Shown: one piece after another, positions 15,268 through 24,819 of the stretch
How positions within the stretch are numbered: position 1 is the stretch's first letter
Layout of the letters: each line of letters opens with the position of its first letter
Origin: a virus
Taxonomy: Duplodnaviria > Caudoviricetes
Direction: 5' to 3' (one strand)
Length of the DNA stretch: 38,695 nucleotides
IMG/VR virus record: IMGVR_UViG_3300036778_000038
Span: 1-38,695 of that record
Notes under the pieces: model-generated
What the model was told of the DNA's origin: nothing
The model's input: the letters and a program-made list of their open reading frames with translations, nothing else
Database searches by the model: none
Made by a program: the position numbers and the translations under genes

Positions 15268-15690
15268 ATGTTTGATGATACAGGCGGCGGTGATGACGGC
15301 GGCGGGTTCGGTTCATGGTTTAGCCGACCGCATTACTACATTTTAGATGGCCATTTGCCGTTGCCGTGCGGCGACTTTATGCGCTGGGCCGTGTGGGTCG
15401 CCCGCACAAATCGACGCATCGCGACGACCAAAATTCGCGGGTTGTGCGTGTCGACGGTATTTCTCGGCATCGATTCGGGCTTTCGTGGTCCGCCGTTGTT
15501 GTTTGAAACGATGGCGTTTCGTAGCGGTCGCGGCGGCGTACAAACGCGCTCGTCGACCTGGGACGAGGCGCTGAGCGAGCATAAGCGCATGGTGAAGGCG
15601 GCGCGCTATGCCTGCCGACCTCGCGCCCTGGCGAGCTTTGACGCTAACGAGCGCGACGCCATTCGCGGCGCGTTTCGGCTCGACGAATAG
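15268..15690 (+). CDS. hypothetical phage protein, paralog of 9849-10298
   Basis: YILDGHLPLPC...WAVW...VSTVFLGID..GPPLLFETM...STWDEALSEH. Confidence 0.7.
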   Translation: MFDDTGGGDDGGGFGSWFSRPHYYILDGHLPLPCGDFMRWAVWVARTNRRIATTKIRGLCVSTVFLGIDSGFRGPPLLFETMAFRSGRGGVQTRSSTWDEALSEHKRMVKAARYACRPRALASFDANERDAIRGAFRLDE

Positions 15691-15707
15691 GCGGTTTTGC
15701 CCCTGGG

Positions 15708-15736
15708 TTGCATACGGCCATTGGCCGTATTAAGCT
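15708..15736 (+). promoter_or_regulatory. moron promoter with a perfect palindromic operator
   Basis: TTGCAT(15708-15713)-17 nt-TAAGCT(15731-15736); ATACGGCCA-T-TGGCCGTAT at 15712-15730. Confidence 0.75.
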
Positions 15737-15785
15737 ATGCACTCCGGTGGCGGTTTCGCCGCCCTCACGCCCTAGCAGGTAGCCC

Positions 15786-16148
15786 ATGAAAGTCCTAACC
15801 CGCGTCGTCGACACGACGCAACTACAAATCGGCGACGTCGTCCTATGCCACGGCGGGCGCTTTGAGCTGGTCCGTTTTACGTGTGACGCGGCTAAAGCTG
15901 CCAACCGCGCCGCCTATGTCCGCCGAACCAAAAGCGAGCGCTACAACGTCGGCAAGGCCGACGAGGTCGAGCGGGAAGCGGTACGCGAGGAAACGTTGCG
16001 CGCCTTTGCGACGCGTTACCTCGGGCGCCAGCATCCAGACTTTGAGTGTTCCGTGCCGCTCGACTGGCGCGATTGCGAGGAAAACCCGGACGGCTGGAAT
16101 ATTCAAGGCAATGCCCTGGCGCGGTGGACGATTGAGGTAACGGCGTGA
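15786..16148 (+). CDS. hypothetical protein, candidate anti-CRISPR/anti-defence by context
   Basis: 120 aa, first gene after a dedicated promoter, coupled to a small HTH gene; function inferred only from context. Confidence 0.6.
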   Translation: MKVLTRVVDTTQLQIGDVVLCHGGRFELVRFTCDAAKAANRAAYVRRTKSERYNVGKADEVEREAVREETLRAFATRYLGRQHPDFECSVPLDWRDCEENPDGWNIQGNALARWTIEVTA

Positions 16149-16354
16149 ATGCGCCGTCACCCTTGGAAATCAGCGCGGCGCGTGCCGCCGCTGGTTTGAC
16201 GCAAGCCGAGGCGGCGGCGCTCGTGTATGCGGACATTCGGACGTGGCAGCGCTGGGAAGGCGACGAACGCGCCATGCATCCGGCGATTTTTGAGCTTTTT
16301 ATGATCAAGACGGGGCAAGTTAGCGCCCGTCGAACAAATACGGTGAAGGTATGA
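16145..16354 (+). CDS. small XRE-family HTH protein (Aca-like)
   Basis: PSPLEISAARAAAGLTQAEAAALVYADIRTWQRWEGDERAMHPAIFELF. Confidence 0.8.
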   Translation: MNAPSPLEISAARAAAGLTQAEAAALVYADIRTWQRWEGDERAMHPAIFELFMIKTGQVSARRTNTVKV

Positions 16355-16761
16355 AAACGGGAAAAATGGGTTTTGTGTTTTCGCTTTTGATCCTCGTCGG
16401 CTTCGGCGTGTGGCACGAGTCGAGCAAACCGAAAGCGCCGCCGCATGTCGTGACGGCCGAGGAAAAGGCCGCAAAGGATAAAGACGCCGAGCGCTTTGCG
16501 CGCGTGACGGCGGGCGGCAACGCGATCAAGGCGTCGGCCAATAACCCGGATTCGATCAAGTTTCGCCGCGTGATGATTTTCGACTCGGGCGCGGTCTGCT
16601 ATGAATTCACGGGCTCGAATGCGTTTGGCGGCATCGTGCAAAACTACGCGGTTTTGCCTGCCGGCTCGTCACAAGTCGCGTTCAACAAGGCCGCGATCTG
16701 GAATAAGCAATGCGACGGCGCCGGCTATAACGTGCCGGAATGGCTGAGCCGGCTTAACTGA
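16351..16761 (+). CDS. membrane-anchored periplasmic protein (possible exclusion/moron)
   Basis: N-terminal TM helix, then NPDSIKF...VCYEFTGSNAFGG...WNKQC. Confidence 0.7.
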   Translation: MKTGKMGFVFSLLILVGFGVWHESSKPKAPPHVVTAEEKAAKDKDAERFARVTAGGNAIKASANNPDSIKFRRVMIFDSGAVCYEFTGSNAFGGIVQNYAVLPAGSSQVAFNKAAIWNKQCDGAGYNVPEWLSRLN

Positions 16762-16768
16762 GCCGCGC

Positions 16769-17026
16769 GTGATGTCACAAATTCCCGGGAATTGGCTATG
16801 GCTCGCTTGCCCCCATTGCGCGGGGTCGGCGGGCTTTTTTATGCCGCTGCATGAAAGCAACTCGCCCTCGACCCTCACATGCGCCCATTGCAGGCGCATG
16901 TTTCATTTAAGCGCTCGCGTCCGCCTCAATGTGCGGATTGTGCAAGGCTTTTTGCAATCGAACGGCCTCACGGGTGGCACGGTCGACGCCACGCTCGACG
17001 ACGACGATTTCGTCGATTTGGAGTAG
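16769..17026 (+). CDS. putative zinc-ribbon protein with acidic tail
   Basis: CPHC...CAHC and DDDDFVDLE end; fills the gap up to the convergent holin stop but overlaps a terminator-like hairpin (16801-16841). Confidence 0.45.
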   Translation: MMSQIPGNWLWLACPHCAGSAGFFMPLHESNSPSTLTCAHCRRMFHLSARVRLNVRIVQGFLQSNGLTGGTVDATLDDDDFVDLE

Positions 17027-17029
17027 CCC

Positions 17030-17557
17030 TCAAACGTGCGGCGCCGGGGCCGGTGGCGCGGGTGGCGCTGGCACGGGTATCGGCGTCGTGTCCGGGTTCG
17101 GCGCCGGCTCGGGCGCGGGTGGCGAGGGCTCGTTCGGCGAGGTCGGCGTTTCCGGGTGCGGCGTGTAGTCGCCTACAGCGCGCGCCGCTATGGGGGCGGG
17201 TGCTGGTGCATCCTCGGGCATGCGCGCCGGCCCTGGGGGCGCTGGCGCGGCTGGGTGGCCTTGTGCCCTGATGTCGACGGCGCCCGAGAACACGGTCGGC
17301 GCGATAGCCGGGCCGAGGGGCAGCGCCATGACGCCGCCTTTCGGGTGCATGGTGGCCGCAATGGCCGCCAGCGCGGCGACGATGATTTCGAGCACGCCCC
17401 AAAGATCGAGCAACCATTCGGGTATCCGTTCCCGGTGTGCCTCGTCCATGGCGAGAAAGATCACGGCGGCGCCCTGCAAAAAGCTCGCGACGATAACCCA
17501 GCGCATCGACCAAAAGCTCCGCGTTTCGTGTTCGCGCATTTTGTCGACGAGGTTCAT
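17030..17557 (-). CDS. holin-like two-TM protein with a Pro-rich C-terminal tail
   Basis: MNLVDK..RSFWSMRW start, two hydrophobic helices, ATGA overlap with the endolysin. Confidence 0.6.
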   Translation of the reverse strand: MNLVDKMREHETRSFWSMRWVIVASFLQGAAVIFLAMDEAHRERIPEWLLDLWGVLEIIVAALAAIAATMHPKGGVMALPLGPAIAPTVFSGAVDIRAQGHPAAPAPPGPARMPEDAPAPAPIAARAVGDYTPHPETPTSPNEPSPPAPEPAPNPDTTPIPVPAPPAPPAPAPHV

Positions 17558-18054
17558 CGTCTTGCCTCGAACGCTTCGAGCGACGCGGCATAGTTGCTCG
17601 GCCATGGCGCCGGGCGCGGCTTACCTGGGCGCCATAGGTTCTCGTAATAATTCCACGAACCCTCGACGTCGCCCACGGTCGGCAACGGCTTGGCGTCGGT
17701 CCATAGCAGCATGCGCGCAAAGCACGCGGCGAGTTCGTCGTTCTCGGCCAGGGCGAGCCATACGTCGTGCGACGTCGCCGGGATTTTGAAATGCGCGCAT
17801 ATGCCTGCCGCCGTGTCGGCGGTGCTGTGATGCGTAAGCACGCCTTTGACGCCGCCGCCCTCCTCGAACTGCCATAGGCCATGGGCGGGACCGCCTCCCG
17901 ACTGTACGCGCGTCGTCAAGTCGGTTTCTTGCTGAGCGATGGCGCCCATAAGCGGGATGCAATCAGACGGCTGCATCGGCTCGGGTAACAGGCGCAACGC
18001 GGGCCGAATGACGGCGCGCTGCAAGGTCTTTTGTGTGGTCGGTAGCGTGATCAT
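17554..18054 (-). CDS. endolysin (lysozyme-like/transglycosylase fold)
   Basis: AIAQQET (putative catalytic E), GPAHGLWQFEEGGG, DELAACFARMLLWTD, YYENLWRPGKP; GGAGG RBS before ATG 18054. Confidence 0.8.
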   Translation of the reverse strand: MITLPTTQKTLQRAVIRPALRLLPEPMQPSDCIPLMGAIAQQETDLTTRVQSGGGPAHGLWQFEEGGGVKGVLTHHSTADTAAGICAHFKIPATSHDVWLALAENDELAACFARMLLWTDAKPLPTVGDVEGSWNYYENLWRPGKPRPAPWPSNYAASLEAFEARR

Positions 18055-18073
18055 GGCGCGAACCTCCAAAACG

Positions 18074-18096
18074 AAAAAGGCCGCCCAAGGGCGGCC
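18074..18096 (-). terminator. intrinsic terminator-like hairpin before the lysis genes
   Basis: ggccgccc-tt-gggcggcc-ttttt on the minus strand. Confidence 0.65.
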
Positions 18097-18122
18097 AGTG
18101 GTGATCGGTTTGTGTGGCTTGC

Positions 18123-18326
18123 TTAGCGGCGCGCGTTCTTTTTCGTGAACCGGTTGCGCGGTGGATGCTGGGGCGCTTCGGCGGGCTTGTTGCCCGCTGC
18201 CAGCCATGCGCGATAAAGCGCGTTATCGGAATCGGTTGCGTGTTGCGAAACGATCACGCCGTCATTGCGAACGATGTCGCCGTTCGGGTGCTGCGTATAG
18301 GTAAATCCGCTCGTGTCCTTAGTCAT
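18123..18326 (-). CDS. small tail-fibre-chaperone-like protein
   Basis: IVRNDG...NALYRAWLAAGNKPAEA resembles the N-domain of the upstream gene; GAGGG RBS. Confidence 0.6.
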   Translation of the reverse strand: MTKDTSGFTYTQHPNGDIVRNDGVIVSQHATDSDNALYRAWLAAGNKPAEAPQHPPRNRFTKKNARR

Positions 18327-18352
18327 GGCATCGCCCTCGCGTGGGTGGACGT

Positions 18353-18847
18353 CTAAACCTTTTTCGGTTGCACCTTGCCAAACTTCAGTGAGGCGAACCC
18401 GCTAGACGGGGCGCGCGGTATCCATCCGTAATCAGCGGCTTGCGGCATATTCTGGGTGACGTATTGCAGCGGCGGCCAAAGGTCGACGGGATTGCCGGTG
18501 TCGATCCAGTCTTGAACCATCGCCCAAAAAGCCGGCCAAACGGCATCGCGCCAATCACTCGCCGCGCGTGCATCGGCTGCCGCCGTTTCATCGCCCGAAC
18601 TGATGAAACTAATGCAGGTTAATAAATCGGCGTAGCCGTTGCCCTGTACGGTCGTATCCATCCACGCTTGCACACCGCTTTCGTATTCGCGCGCCGTGAC
18701 TTCAACCGATGGCGGCAAGACGGGCTCGGGCGTGTTGCCGGCTTCGAGCCATTTTTCGTATTCATCCCACTGCCAATTTCCGTTAGGGATCGTTGCGCCC
18801 GTGTCGAGATAGATCACGACGTTCGGATCTTCGGTTAATTGATACAT
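18353..18847 (-). CDS. tail fibre assembly/chaperone protein
   Basis: MYQLTE...GATIP...YEKWLEAGNTPEP and GYADLLTCISF...WRDAVW; follows the fibre gene. Confidence 0.7.
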   Translation of the reverse strand: MYQLTEDPNVVIYLDTGATIPNGNWQWDEYEKWLEAGNTPEPVLPPSVEVTAREYESGVQAWMDTTVQGNGYADLLTCISFISSGDETAAADARAASDWRDAVWPAFWAMVQDWIDTGNPVDLWPPLQYVTQNMPQAADYGWIPRAPSSGFASLKFGKVQPKKV

Positions 18848-18849
18848 GG

Positions 18850-20184
18850 CTATAGCTCCGCGTCCGCCGTCCAATGCCCTTGAATATTGATTGCCTGAAC
18901 TTGCTGCGGTGAGTTTGCCCACCAACTGAACGCCGAATCACCAATATTTCCCATCGTGGCGGGTCCGGTAATAGTCAGCGCGCCCCAATTGATCTGGCCA
19001 GCGACGCCCGTCGCTGGGTTGTACATTGTGGTTGTTGGCGGCGCTCGCTTCGTTACTTTAAAAAACACGGTCATTTGGCCGAGATAGCTTGCGAGCGCAA
19101 ACGATTGCATCGCAATAGCGCACGCGCCATTGTTCGTAATCGAACCGGGTGGCGCGTTTTGGTTATAGCTTTTCTCGTAATAGCGCTGACATAGCGCCAG
19201 CTCGACCGCATAAGGTCGCGCCTCGAATTGCGTGGCATGCGTTCCTTCTTCGAGCTGTATTTGCGCAATATCGAATGTTCCCGATTGTTGAATCATGCCG
19301 CCCGTGGGGCCGTTAAAGTTACTTCCTGCATCCATCCAGAAATGTAGGATCGTCCCGCTATTGTTGTTCGTGCCAAAGGTTGCGCCCGCGACGCTTTGCA
19401 ACGTAAACGTCACGGTGAATTTTTGCCACACGGTCGTTAGATTGACGAGCACGCCGGGTGTTACTAGTTCGGGCGTGACGGTGCCGCCCGAGCCGAATGC
19501 CTGAGTAATAGCGACCGATATCGGCTTCGCGGCATCGGCCCGCGCCCAGAATGAAACGGTAACGGTTTTACTCGAAAGCAAACGGGCGTCTTCAATCGTT
19601 TGCCATAACTGCGCATAGTTAGCAGCGCCAGCAACGGAAGCCACAACGCAACGCGTGTAATAGACGGGATTATTTGGAATGACTGTCTGCCCCGGGGTAG
19701 CGGTTAGTTGGCTTTGCGCAATCGTTGAGCCGGTCGCGGCGGCCGGCCATCGGTCAGCTAAATAGCGCAGCGCTGAGGCGGCGGCATTCGACACGCCGCG
19801 CTGCCAAAAATCAAAATTGCCGTTAATGATTTTGTTTTTGAACCCGCCGACGGGATTCACAAGCGCCAGCGCGGCCGTATTCGCGGCGACGGCGGTGTTC
19901 GTGTTATCGGTCTTGGTTTTTAGTGCCGTAATATCGCCGGTATTCGTGGTGATGTTGCCAGCATTCGCCGCAACGCCGCTTGTATTGGCGGCCACCTCCG
20001 GTTGCATCGTCGCGATGTCGGCGGTGTTTTGCTCGATTTCGGCGAGGATATCCTCGGGCGAGTCGCCGCCAAAGAAACTATAAAGGTCGGTGAAATTCGC
20101 CTCGGCTTTAACCCACGCGCCGCGATTCGTATCGCCGTCGACGCCCTGGGGCGGCGTGCCTAAGTTAATGTGTTGCTGAGCCAT
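18850..20184 (-). CDS. tail fibre / receptor-binding protein
   Basis: INLGTPPQGVDGDTNRGAWVKAEANFTDLY anchor, coiled coil, KNKIINGNFDFWQRG carbohydrate-binding-like domain, ELALCQRYYEK. Confidence 0.85.
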   Translation of the reverse strand: MAQQHINLGTPPQGVDGDTNRGAWVKAEANFTDLYSFFGGDSPEDILAEIEQNTADIATMQPEVAANTSGVAANAGNITTNTGDITALKTKTDNTNTAVAANTAALALVNPVGGFKNKIINGNFDFWQRGVSNAAASALRYLADRWPAAATGSTIAQSQLTATPGQTVIPNNPVYYTRCVVASVAGAANYAQLWQTIEDARLLSSKTVTVSFWARADAAKPISVAITQAFGSGGTVTPELVTPGVLVNLTTVWQKFTVTFTLQSVAGATFGTNNNSGTILHFWMDAGSNFNGPTGGMIQQSGTFDIAQIQLEEGTHATQFEARPYAVELALCQRYYEKSYNQNAPPGSITNNGACAIAMQSFALASYLGQMTVFFKVTKRAPPTTTMYNPATGVAGQINWGALTITGPATMGNIGDSAFSWWANSPQQVQAINIQGHWTADAEL

Positions 20185-20198
20185 GGCGGCGCATCCAT

Positions 20199-20222
20199 AA
20201 AAAAACCCGCCGAGGCGGGTTT
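20199..20222 (-). terminator. intrinsic terminator-like hairpin between J and the tail fibre
   Basis: aaacccgcc-tc-ggcgggttttttt on the minus strand. Confidence 0.65.
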
Positions 20223-20243
20223 GTGGTTTAGACGTCTATTCGT

Positions 20244-23200
20244 TTAGCGTTGCCCGAAGGCATAAACATGCATCGTTCCGAGACTGCCCGACACAACGGA
20301 CGTTCTAACGCGGTACGTCATCGCGCCCGAGCGGCGAGCGTCGAACGCCATATAAGCCGGCGACGCGGCTATGAGGTTGAGGCTTACCATCGTTTGCCAG
20401 TTGGCGCCGTCGTAGTATTCGATAAACGCTTGCGCGTTGACTGTACCTGTCATCGGTATTGTTACGAAAATTATCGGTAAGTGTGTTTCGCCGGCACGTA
20501 TCGGCGCGGGTAACGTGAATTGTCCGCCTGACGCAATATCGGCGGTTACGCTTGCCTGAAAGACGCCGTAAAGCGAAGCGGCTGTGACGCTGCCGGCGAC
20601 GGTTACATTCCCGCCGAAGTAGGCCGAGCCGTTGCGGTTGATCGCCCATCCGTTCGTGCCGTCGTAATTGTCCGATTGAATTTGCTGCGATATTTTCGCC
20701 GTCGTGATGGCGGCATCTTGTATGTTCGCGGTTGCTATCGAGGCGTTCGCGATTTGCGCGTTCGTGATTTGCGCGTTGCCGATTTTCGCCGTCGTGATGG
20801 CGGCATCTTGTATGTTCGCGGTATTGATCCACGCCGTACCGATGAACGCTTGCGAGATAAAGGTTTGCCCGTTTTGAATCACAAACGGCGAGCTGATGAC
20901 GCCGTTCGCCGATTGAAGCAACGCAAAGCGGTCGGCGTACATCAAGATTTGCGATTGCACGTAACCTTGATTGTTGTCGATACCGACGGCCATGCCCGCC
21001 GCGACATACTTGCCGGTCCCTGGGTCAATTTGAACCTTGATATTATAGCTCGCCGACACGACGCCATTTGTATTCGCGATGGCGGTCGCGTTCGTTTGTA
21101 CGGCGGCGTTCGTATTGCCGAGGCTGGCGTTAACCGTCGTGATTTGTGTCGCGAGAACCTCGTCGCCCGAAATGCGCGCCGTCGTTTCGACCTGTATCGA
21201 GGCGACGGCTTGATTTGCTGTCCCGAGCGCGTTGTCGGCGACGGCCTGCACAGTCGTTACTTGCGTCGCGAGAACCTCGTCGGCGCTGATGCGCGCCTGA
21301 GTCTCGGTTTGTATCATCGCCTGTAAACCGTCGGTCGAGGCTTCGACGGTATCGATACGTTTCGCGAGCGCATCGTCGGCGCTCGCCCTGGCGTATTGCT
21401 CCGACCACACGCCCGCATAAACGACGTTGTTGCCGGCGAATCCTGTCTCGGTCGCGCCGTCGTCGCCGGCCATCTGCGTAGGCGTGAATTCGGAAATGAT
21501 CCCGTTAATCGTATCGATTTCGCCCTCGACCGCGCCGAGCTGGTCGGCAATGTCGGCGATGTCCGATTCCATCACAGGGATTTTGTCGATTTCGGACACG
21601 AGGTCTTGCGATAGCTGGGTTTCGGTGATTTGGCCGGTGAGATAATCGAGAATCGCGTTCGCGTCGGTCGAGCTTTCGCCGTACACGCCCTGGCCGCTGC
21701 TATCGGGATAGAACGGGCCGATATTGCCGGTCGTGTCGACGAGCCGCGCCCAAAAGTAGAACCCGACGCCCGCCGCCAAGCCCTGCATCTTGTAAGTGTT
21801 CGTCGGATACGAAAGGTCGCTAAGTACCGTCGCCGTCGAGAAGTCGGGCGAGCGCGAATACCATAGCTCGGTGCGTTGCGTATCCTCGGCGCCGGGCGGG
21901 AAACCCCATGCGAGGTCGATACCGAACACGACGCTCGTCGCACTCAAGAACGTCACGGCGGGCGGGTCGCCGGCTTTGCCGACGATATCGGTCGGCACGC
22001 TATAGGCAGGAAGCGAAACAATGTTCGACGGCGATATCGCACGCACGCGGGCGACGTAGTTGCCGGAATAAATGCCCTGCACTTCGACGGCGTTGCCCGA
22101 TACCGTGCCGGCGCTGATCCAGTTGCCGTTATTGCGGCGCCATTCGACGGAATATTGAAGCGCGCCAGCGGCGGGCGTCCATGTGATCCATAGAACGGCG
22201 TTCGCGATGCCCTGGGCGATGAGCGCGCTTGCCGACATCGCGACGTCGGTCGGCGGCGGCTGGCTGTTCGGGATGATTCCGCTAATCGGCGGAATTTGAA
22301 TAACCGTCCCGTTATCAATCGCCGAGAATTTCGATTCGTTGTGTTGCAGCGCGGTTATCGTAAAGCTGAGCGTCGTTGTGTCGGTGTTCTCGACCACACT
22401 CAATACACGGAACGTTTGCGCGACGAGCGTCGTTTGCTCGACCATCCACGCGGCATCGGGCTCGGGCGCATCATCGAACGGCGTCGTTACATACAACGTC
22501 GAGCCGACGATATTTGTAATTGTGTTCGTCTGTGTGGCGCCGGTCGGTAGCGTCACGGTCAGGCTATCGCCGACGGCGACGTTCGGCGGCATTTTGTCGA
22601 CGGTGATCGACTGGCGCCCGGGTGCAGGGCTTGCCTTGATGCGTCCGCCCATGCGTGCGCCCGCGCGTGCATCGTCGGCCACGCGGATAATCTGGCCGGG
22701 CGCGGCGAGCGTGCCATCGAGGCCGACGCTAAAGGTTACCGTTTCGGGCTCGACCTGGGAGCTAATGATTGCCCAATGCCCTTGCCGTTGCGCCTGTCCC
22801 TGGCTGGTACAACCGAACGCGGTTAGGCTCGTCGGCTGGATACCGAAGCGCGCGAGCGCTTGTTGATCCTCGTAATATTCGGCTTTGACTTGATAGAAGT
22901 TTGACGGGTCATTCCACGACACGAGCGCGGTCGAATAGCGTGTTTTTCGTGGCGTCGACGAGTAGGTAAAGACGCCCGAGATAACGTTCGCTTGCGTGTA
23001 TAAAACCGTTGGGTCGCCGGGCATGTCCGACGAGGTGATGATCGTACCCGCGCCCCAATAGCTGATGCCGTTGAACGCGCTCGCCATGTCCGATAAAAGC
23101 TTGTATGCATCCTCGGCGCTTTGCAGGTAGCAATTGAGCGTAAAGCGCGGCTCCATGCCGCCCTTGCCATCGGTCACGCTTTGATCGCAATACTGGCCGA

Positions 23201-24164
23201 TCCGGTAAAGCTCCCATTTGTTGACCTGGGAGCCATTGATCAACGTGCCGAGGCCATAGCGCGGATTCAAAATCAAATCGTACAAACACCACGCGGGGTT
23301 ATTCGTCCACGCCGGTTGAAAGGTGCCGTCCCATATGCCGTCATACTCGCGCGTTTGCGGGTTGTAGTTCGACGGCACTTGTACGATGCGCAAGAACACG
23401 TCGTAAGCGCGGGCGGGTATGTTCGTGAACTGCGAGGCGTCGCCGCTGATGCCGACGAGCGCCGAGTTCGGATAGCGTAGCTTTGCATCGATGATTTCGG
23501 TGTAGCCGTCTATCGTCGTCGTGTCGGCAATCGTCGCCGAGTTCGCGTTCGCGGTCAGGCGCACCACGCGCACGAGCCAAAACGACGCGGCCGGGGGCAA
23601 ATCGATGCGCACGCTTTGCTGATATTTCGTCGTTGTCTTGCCGGTCATCTGGCCGTAGTAGGCCGTTTGATACGGGCCGCCATCGGTTTGGATGTCTATA
23701 CGATATTGAATTGAATAGCCGGTAACGTCGCCGTTCGTCGTGTTCGTTTGCTGCAATGACGGCGTGCCAATCGTGACACGCACGGCTGAAAGCTGCGTGT
23801 TGTTGAGTTGCTGAACCCATGGCGTGTCGGAACGTAGCTCGATGCTAACGGCGTTTTCGGATTCGACGGCCGGGAACCCGGGCAAATAGGTTTGATCCTG
23901 AGTCCCGGTTCGCGAGTCGACCTGTACGCCCTGAAAATTCATCGTGCCGTCGGCGTTCTGCAACGGCGTTTGATCGAGATAGATCGATTGCAGGCCATTC
24001 ACAAGCCCGCCGATTTCGCCCTCGCTGATGAGGTCGAGAATCCGAAACGTCGAAATCGAGCGCAGCGAATCGGGCGACTCGACGGGCGTGCGTTGTTTGT
24101 CGCTGCCGCCTTTCGCGCCCTCGGGGCCTTCAGGCCACAACCAAAGGTTAGGTTTCAGGGTCAT
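20244..24164 (-). CDS. central tail fibre / host specificity protein (lambda gpJ-like)
   Basis: [32 protein letters not shown]3-like domains, coiled coil, ADRFA domain; start ATG 24164. Confidence 0.93.
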   Translation of the reverse strand: MTLKPNLWLWPEGPEGAKGGSDKQRTPVESPDSLRSISTFRILDLISEGEIGGLVNGLQSIYLDQTPLQNADGTMNFQGVQVDSRTGTQDQTYLPGFPAVESENAVSIELRSDTPWVQQLNNTQLSAVRVTIGTPSLQQTNTTNGDVTGYSIQYRIDIQTDGGPYQTAYYGQMTGKTTTKYQQSVRIDLPPAASFWLVRVVRLTANANSATIADTTTIDGYTEIIDAKLRYPNSALVGISGDASQFTNIPARAYDVFLRIVQVPSNYNPQTREYDGIWDGTFQPAWTNNPAWCLYDLILNPRYGLGTLINGSQVNKWELYRIGQYCDQSVTDGKGGMEPRFTLNCYLQSAEDAYKLLSDMASAFNGISYWGAGTIITSSDMPGDPTVLYTQANVISGVFTYSSTPRKTRYSTALVSWNDPSNFYQVKAEYYEDQQALARFGIQPTSLTAFGCTSQGQAQRQGHWAIISSQVEPETVTFSVGLDGTLAAPGQIIRVADDARAGARMGGRIKASPAPGRQSITVDKMPPNVAVGDSLTVTLPTGATQTNTITNIVGSTLYVTTPFDDAPEPDAAWMVEQTTLVAQTFRVLSVVENTDTTTLSFTITALQHNESKFSAIDNGTVIQIPPISGIIPNSQPPPTDVAMSASALIAQGIANAVLWITWTPAAGALQYSVEWRRNNGNWISAGTVSGNAVEVQGIYSGNYVARVRAISPSNIVSLPAYSVPTDIVGKAGDPPAVTFLSATSVVFGIDLAWGFPPGAEDTQRTELWYSRSPDFSTATVLSDLSYPTNTYKMQGLAAGVGFYFWARLVDTTGNIGPFYPDSSGQGVYGESSTDANAILDYLTGQITETQLSQDLVSEIDKIPVMESDIADIADQLGAVEGEIDTINGIISEFTPTQMAGDDGATETGFAGNNVVYAGVWSEQYARASADDALAKRIDTVEASTDGLQAMIQTETQARISADEVLATQVTTVQAVADNALGTANQAVASIQVETTARISGDEVLATQITTVNASLGNTNAAVQTNATAIANTNGVVSASYNIKVQIDPGTGKYVAAGMAVGIDNNQGYVQSQILMYADRFALLQSANGVISSPFVIQNGQTFISQAFIGTAWINTANIQDAAITTAKIGNAQITNAQIANASIATANIQDAAITTAKISQQIQSDNYDGTNGWAINRNGSAYFGGNVTVAGSVTAASLYGVFQASVTADIASGGQFTLPAPIRAGETHLPIIFVTIPMTGTVNAQAFIEYYDGANWQTMVSLNLIAASPAYMAFDARRSGAMTYRVRTSVVSGSLGTMHVYAFGQR

Positions 24165-24819
24165 AAAAGTTTGCCCGGCGCTGCCCGATGTCCGTGCCCG
24201 CACGCACGCCGCTCGCCCACTGCGCGTAATCCTCGGCATTGATCCCGGCGCTAATCACGGCGCTGCCGACAATCATGCGACCATAGCCCAGCGGCACGGG
24301 GTTGCCTTGCGCCTGCGTATTCACGGCGCCGTTGAATACATAGCTCGGTTGATTGTCCGGCGAGTCGGCGTTCGTGACGGCTTTAGGTTTGGGCGAAAGC
24401 AACTGGACAACGCCGCCGAATACCATGCCCCAACCCATCCCGATAAGGGCCGCGCCGATGGGCGCCGCCATGCCGAACGACATGCCCGAGACGAACCCGC
24501 CGACAATGATCAACGCGGCGCCGAGCACGATTTGAAATAGGCCGCCGTTCTTGCTGCCGATCACGACGGGTGCGATACGAATATCGTTATCGCCGACGGA
24601 TTCGCCGCACTCGTCGAGCGATAGGTTTCGCTTTCCAGCGAACACGGCGAACCCGATGCCGCGACCCTCACTGCCGAGTAAGTACGTCTTGAACCCGGGA
24701 AGCTGGCACGACAAGGCGGCGACGGCTTCGGCGACGGTGTTCGTTTCAAGCGCAAACTCGAACACGCGACCGAACAACGCGCCCAGCCGGCCATATAGGC
24801 GAACCTTACGGCGTGTCAT
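24148..24819 (-). CDS. tail assembly protein (lambda gpI-like)
   Basis: [41 protein letters not shown]. Confidence 0.92.
   Translation of the reverse strand: MTRRKVRLYGRLGALFGRVFEFALETNTVAEAVAALSCQLPGFKTYLLGSEGRGIGFAVFAGKRNLSLDECGESVGDNDIRIAPVVIGSKNGGLFQIVLGAALIIVGGFVSGMSFGMAAPIGAALIGMGWGMVFGGVVQLLSPKPKAVTNADSPDNQPSYVFNGAVNTQAQGNPVPLGYGRMIVGSAVISAGINAEDYAQWASGVRAGTDIGQRRANFYDPET

Noticed and set aside
16145-16354. HigA/MqsA-type antitoxin of a classical TA pair
   Set aside because: Upstream ORF shows no RelE/HigB-like features I can recognise; kept only as an alternative to the acr-aca reading
16968-17882. 304-aa overlapping ORF as an embedded spanin
   Set aside because: Arg/Ala-rich shadow frame with no TM helix or lipobox
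20692-20822. Diversity-generating retroelement TR/VR pair
   Set aside because: Copies are identical and only 90 bp apart, with no adenine-specific differences and no reverse transcriptase gene
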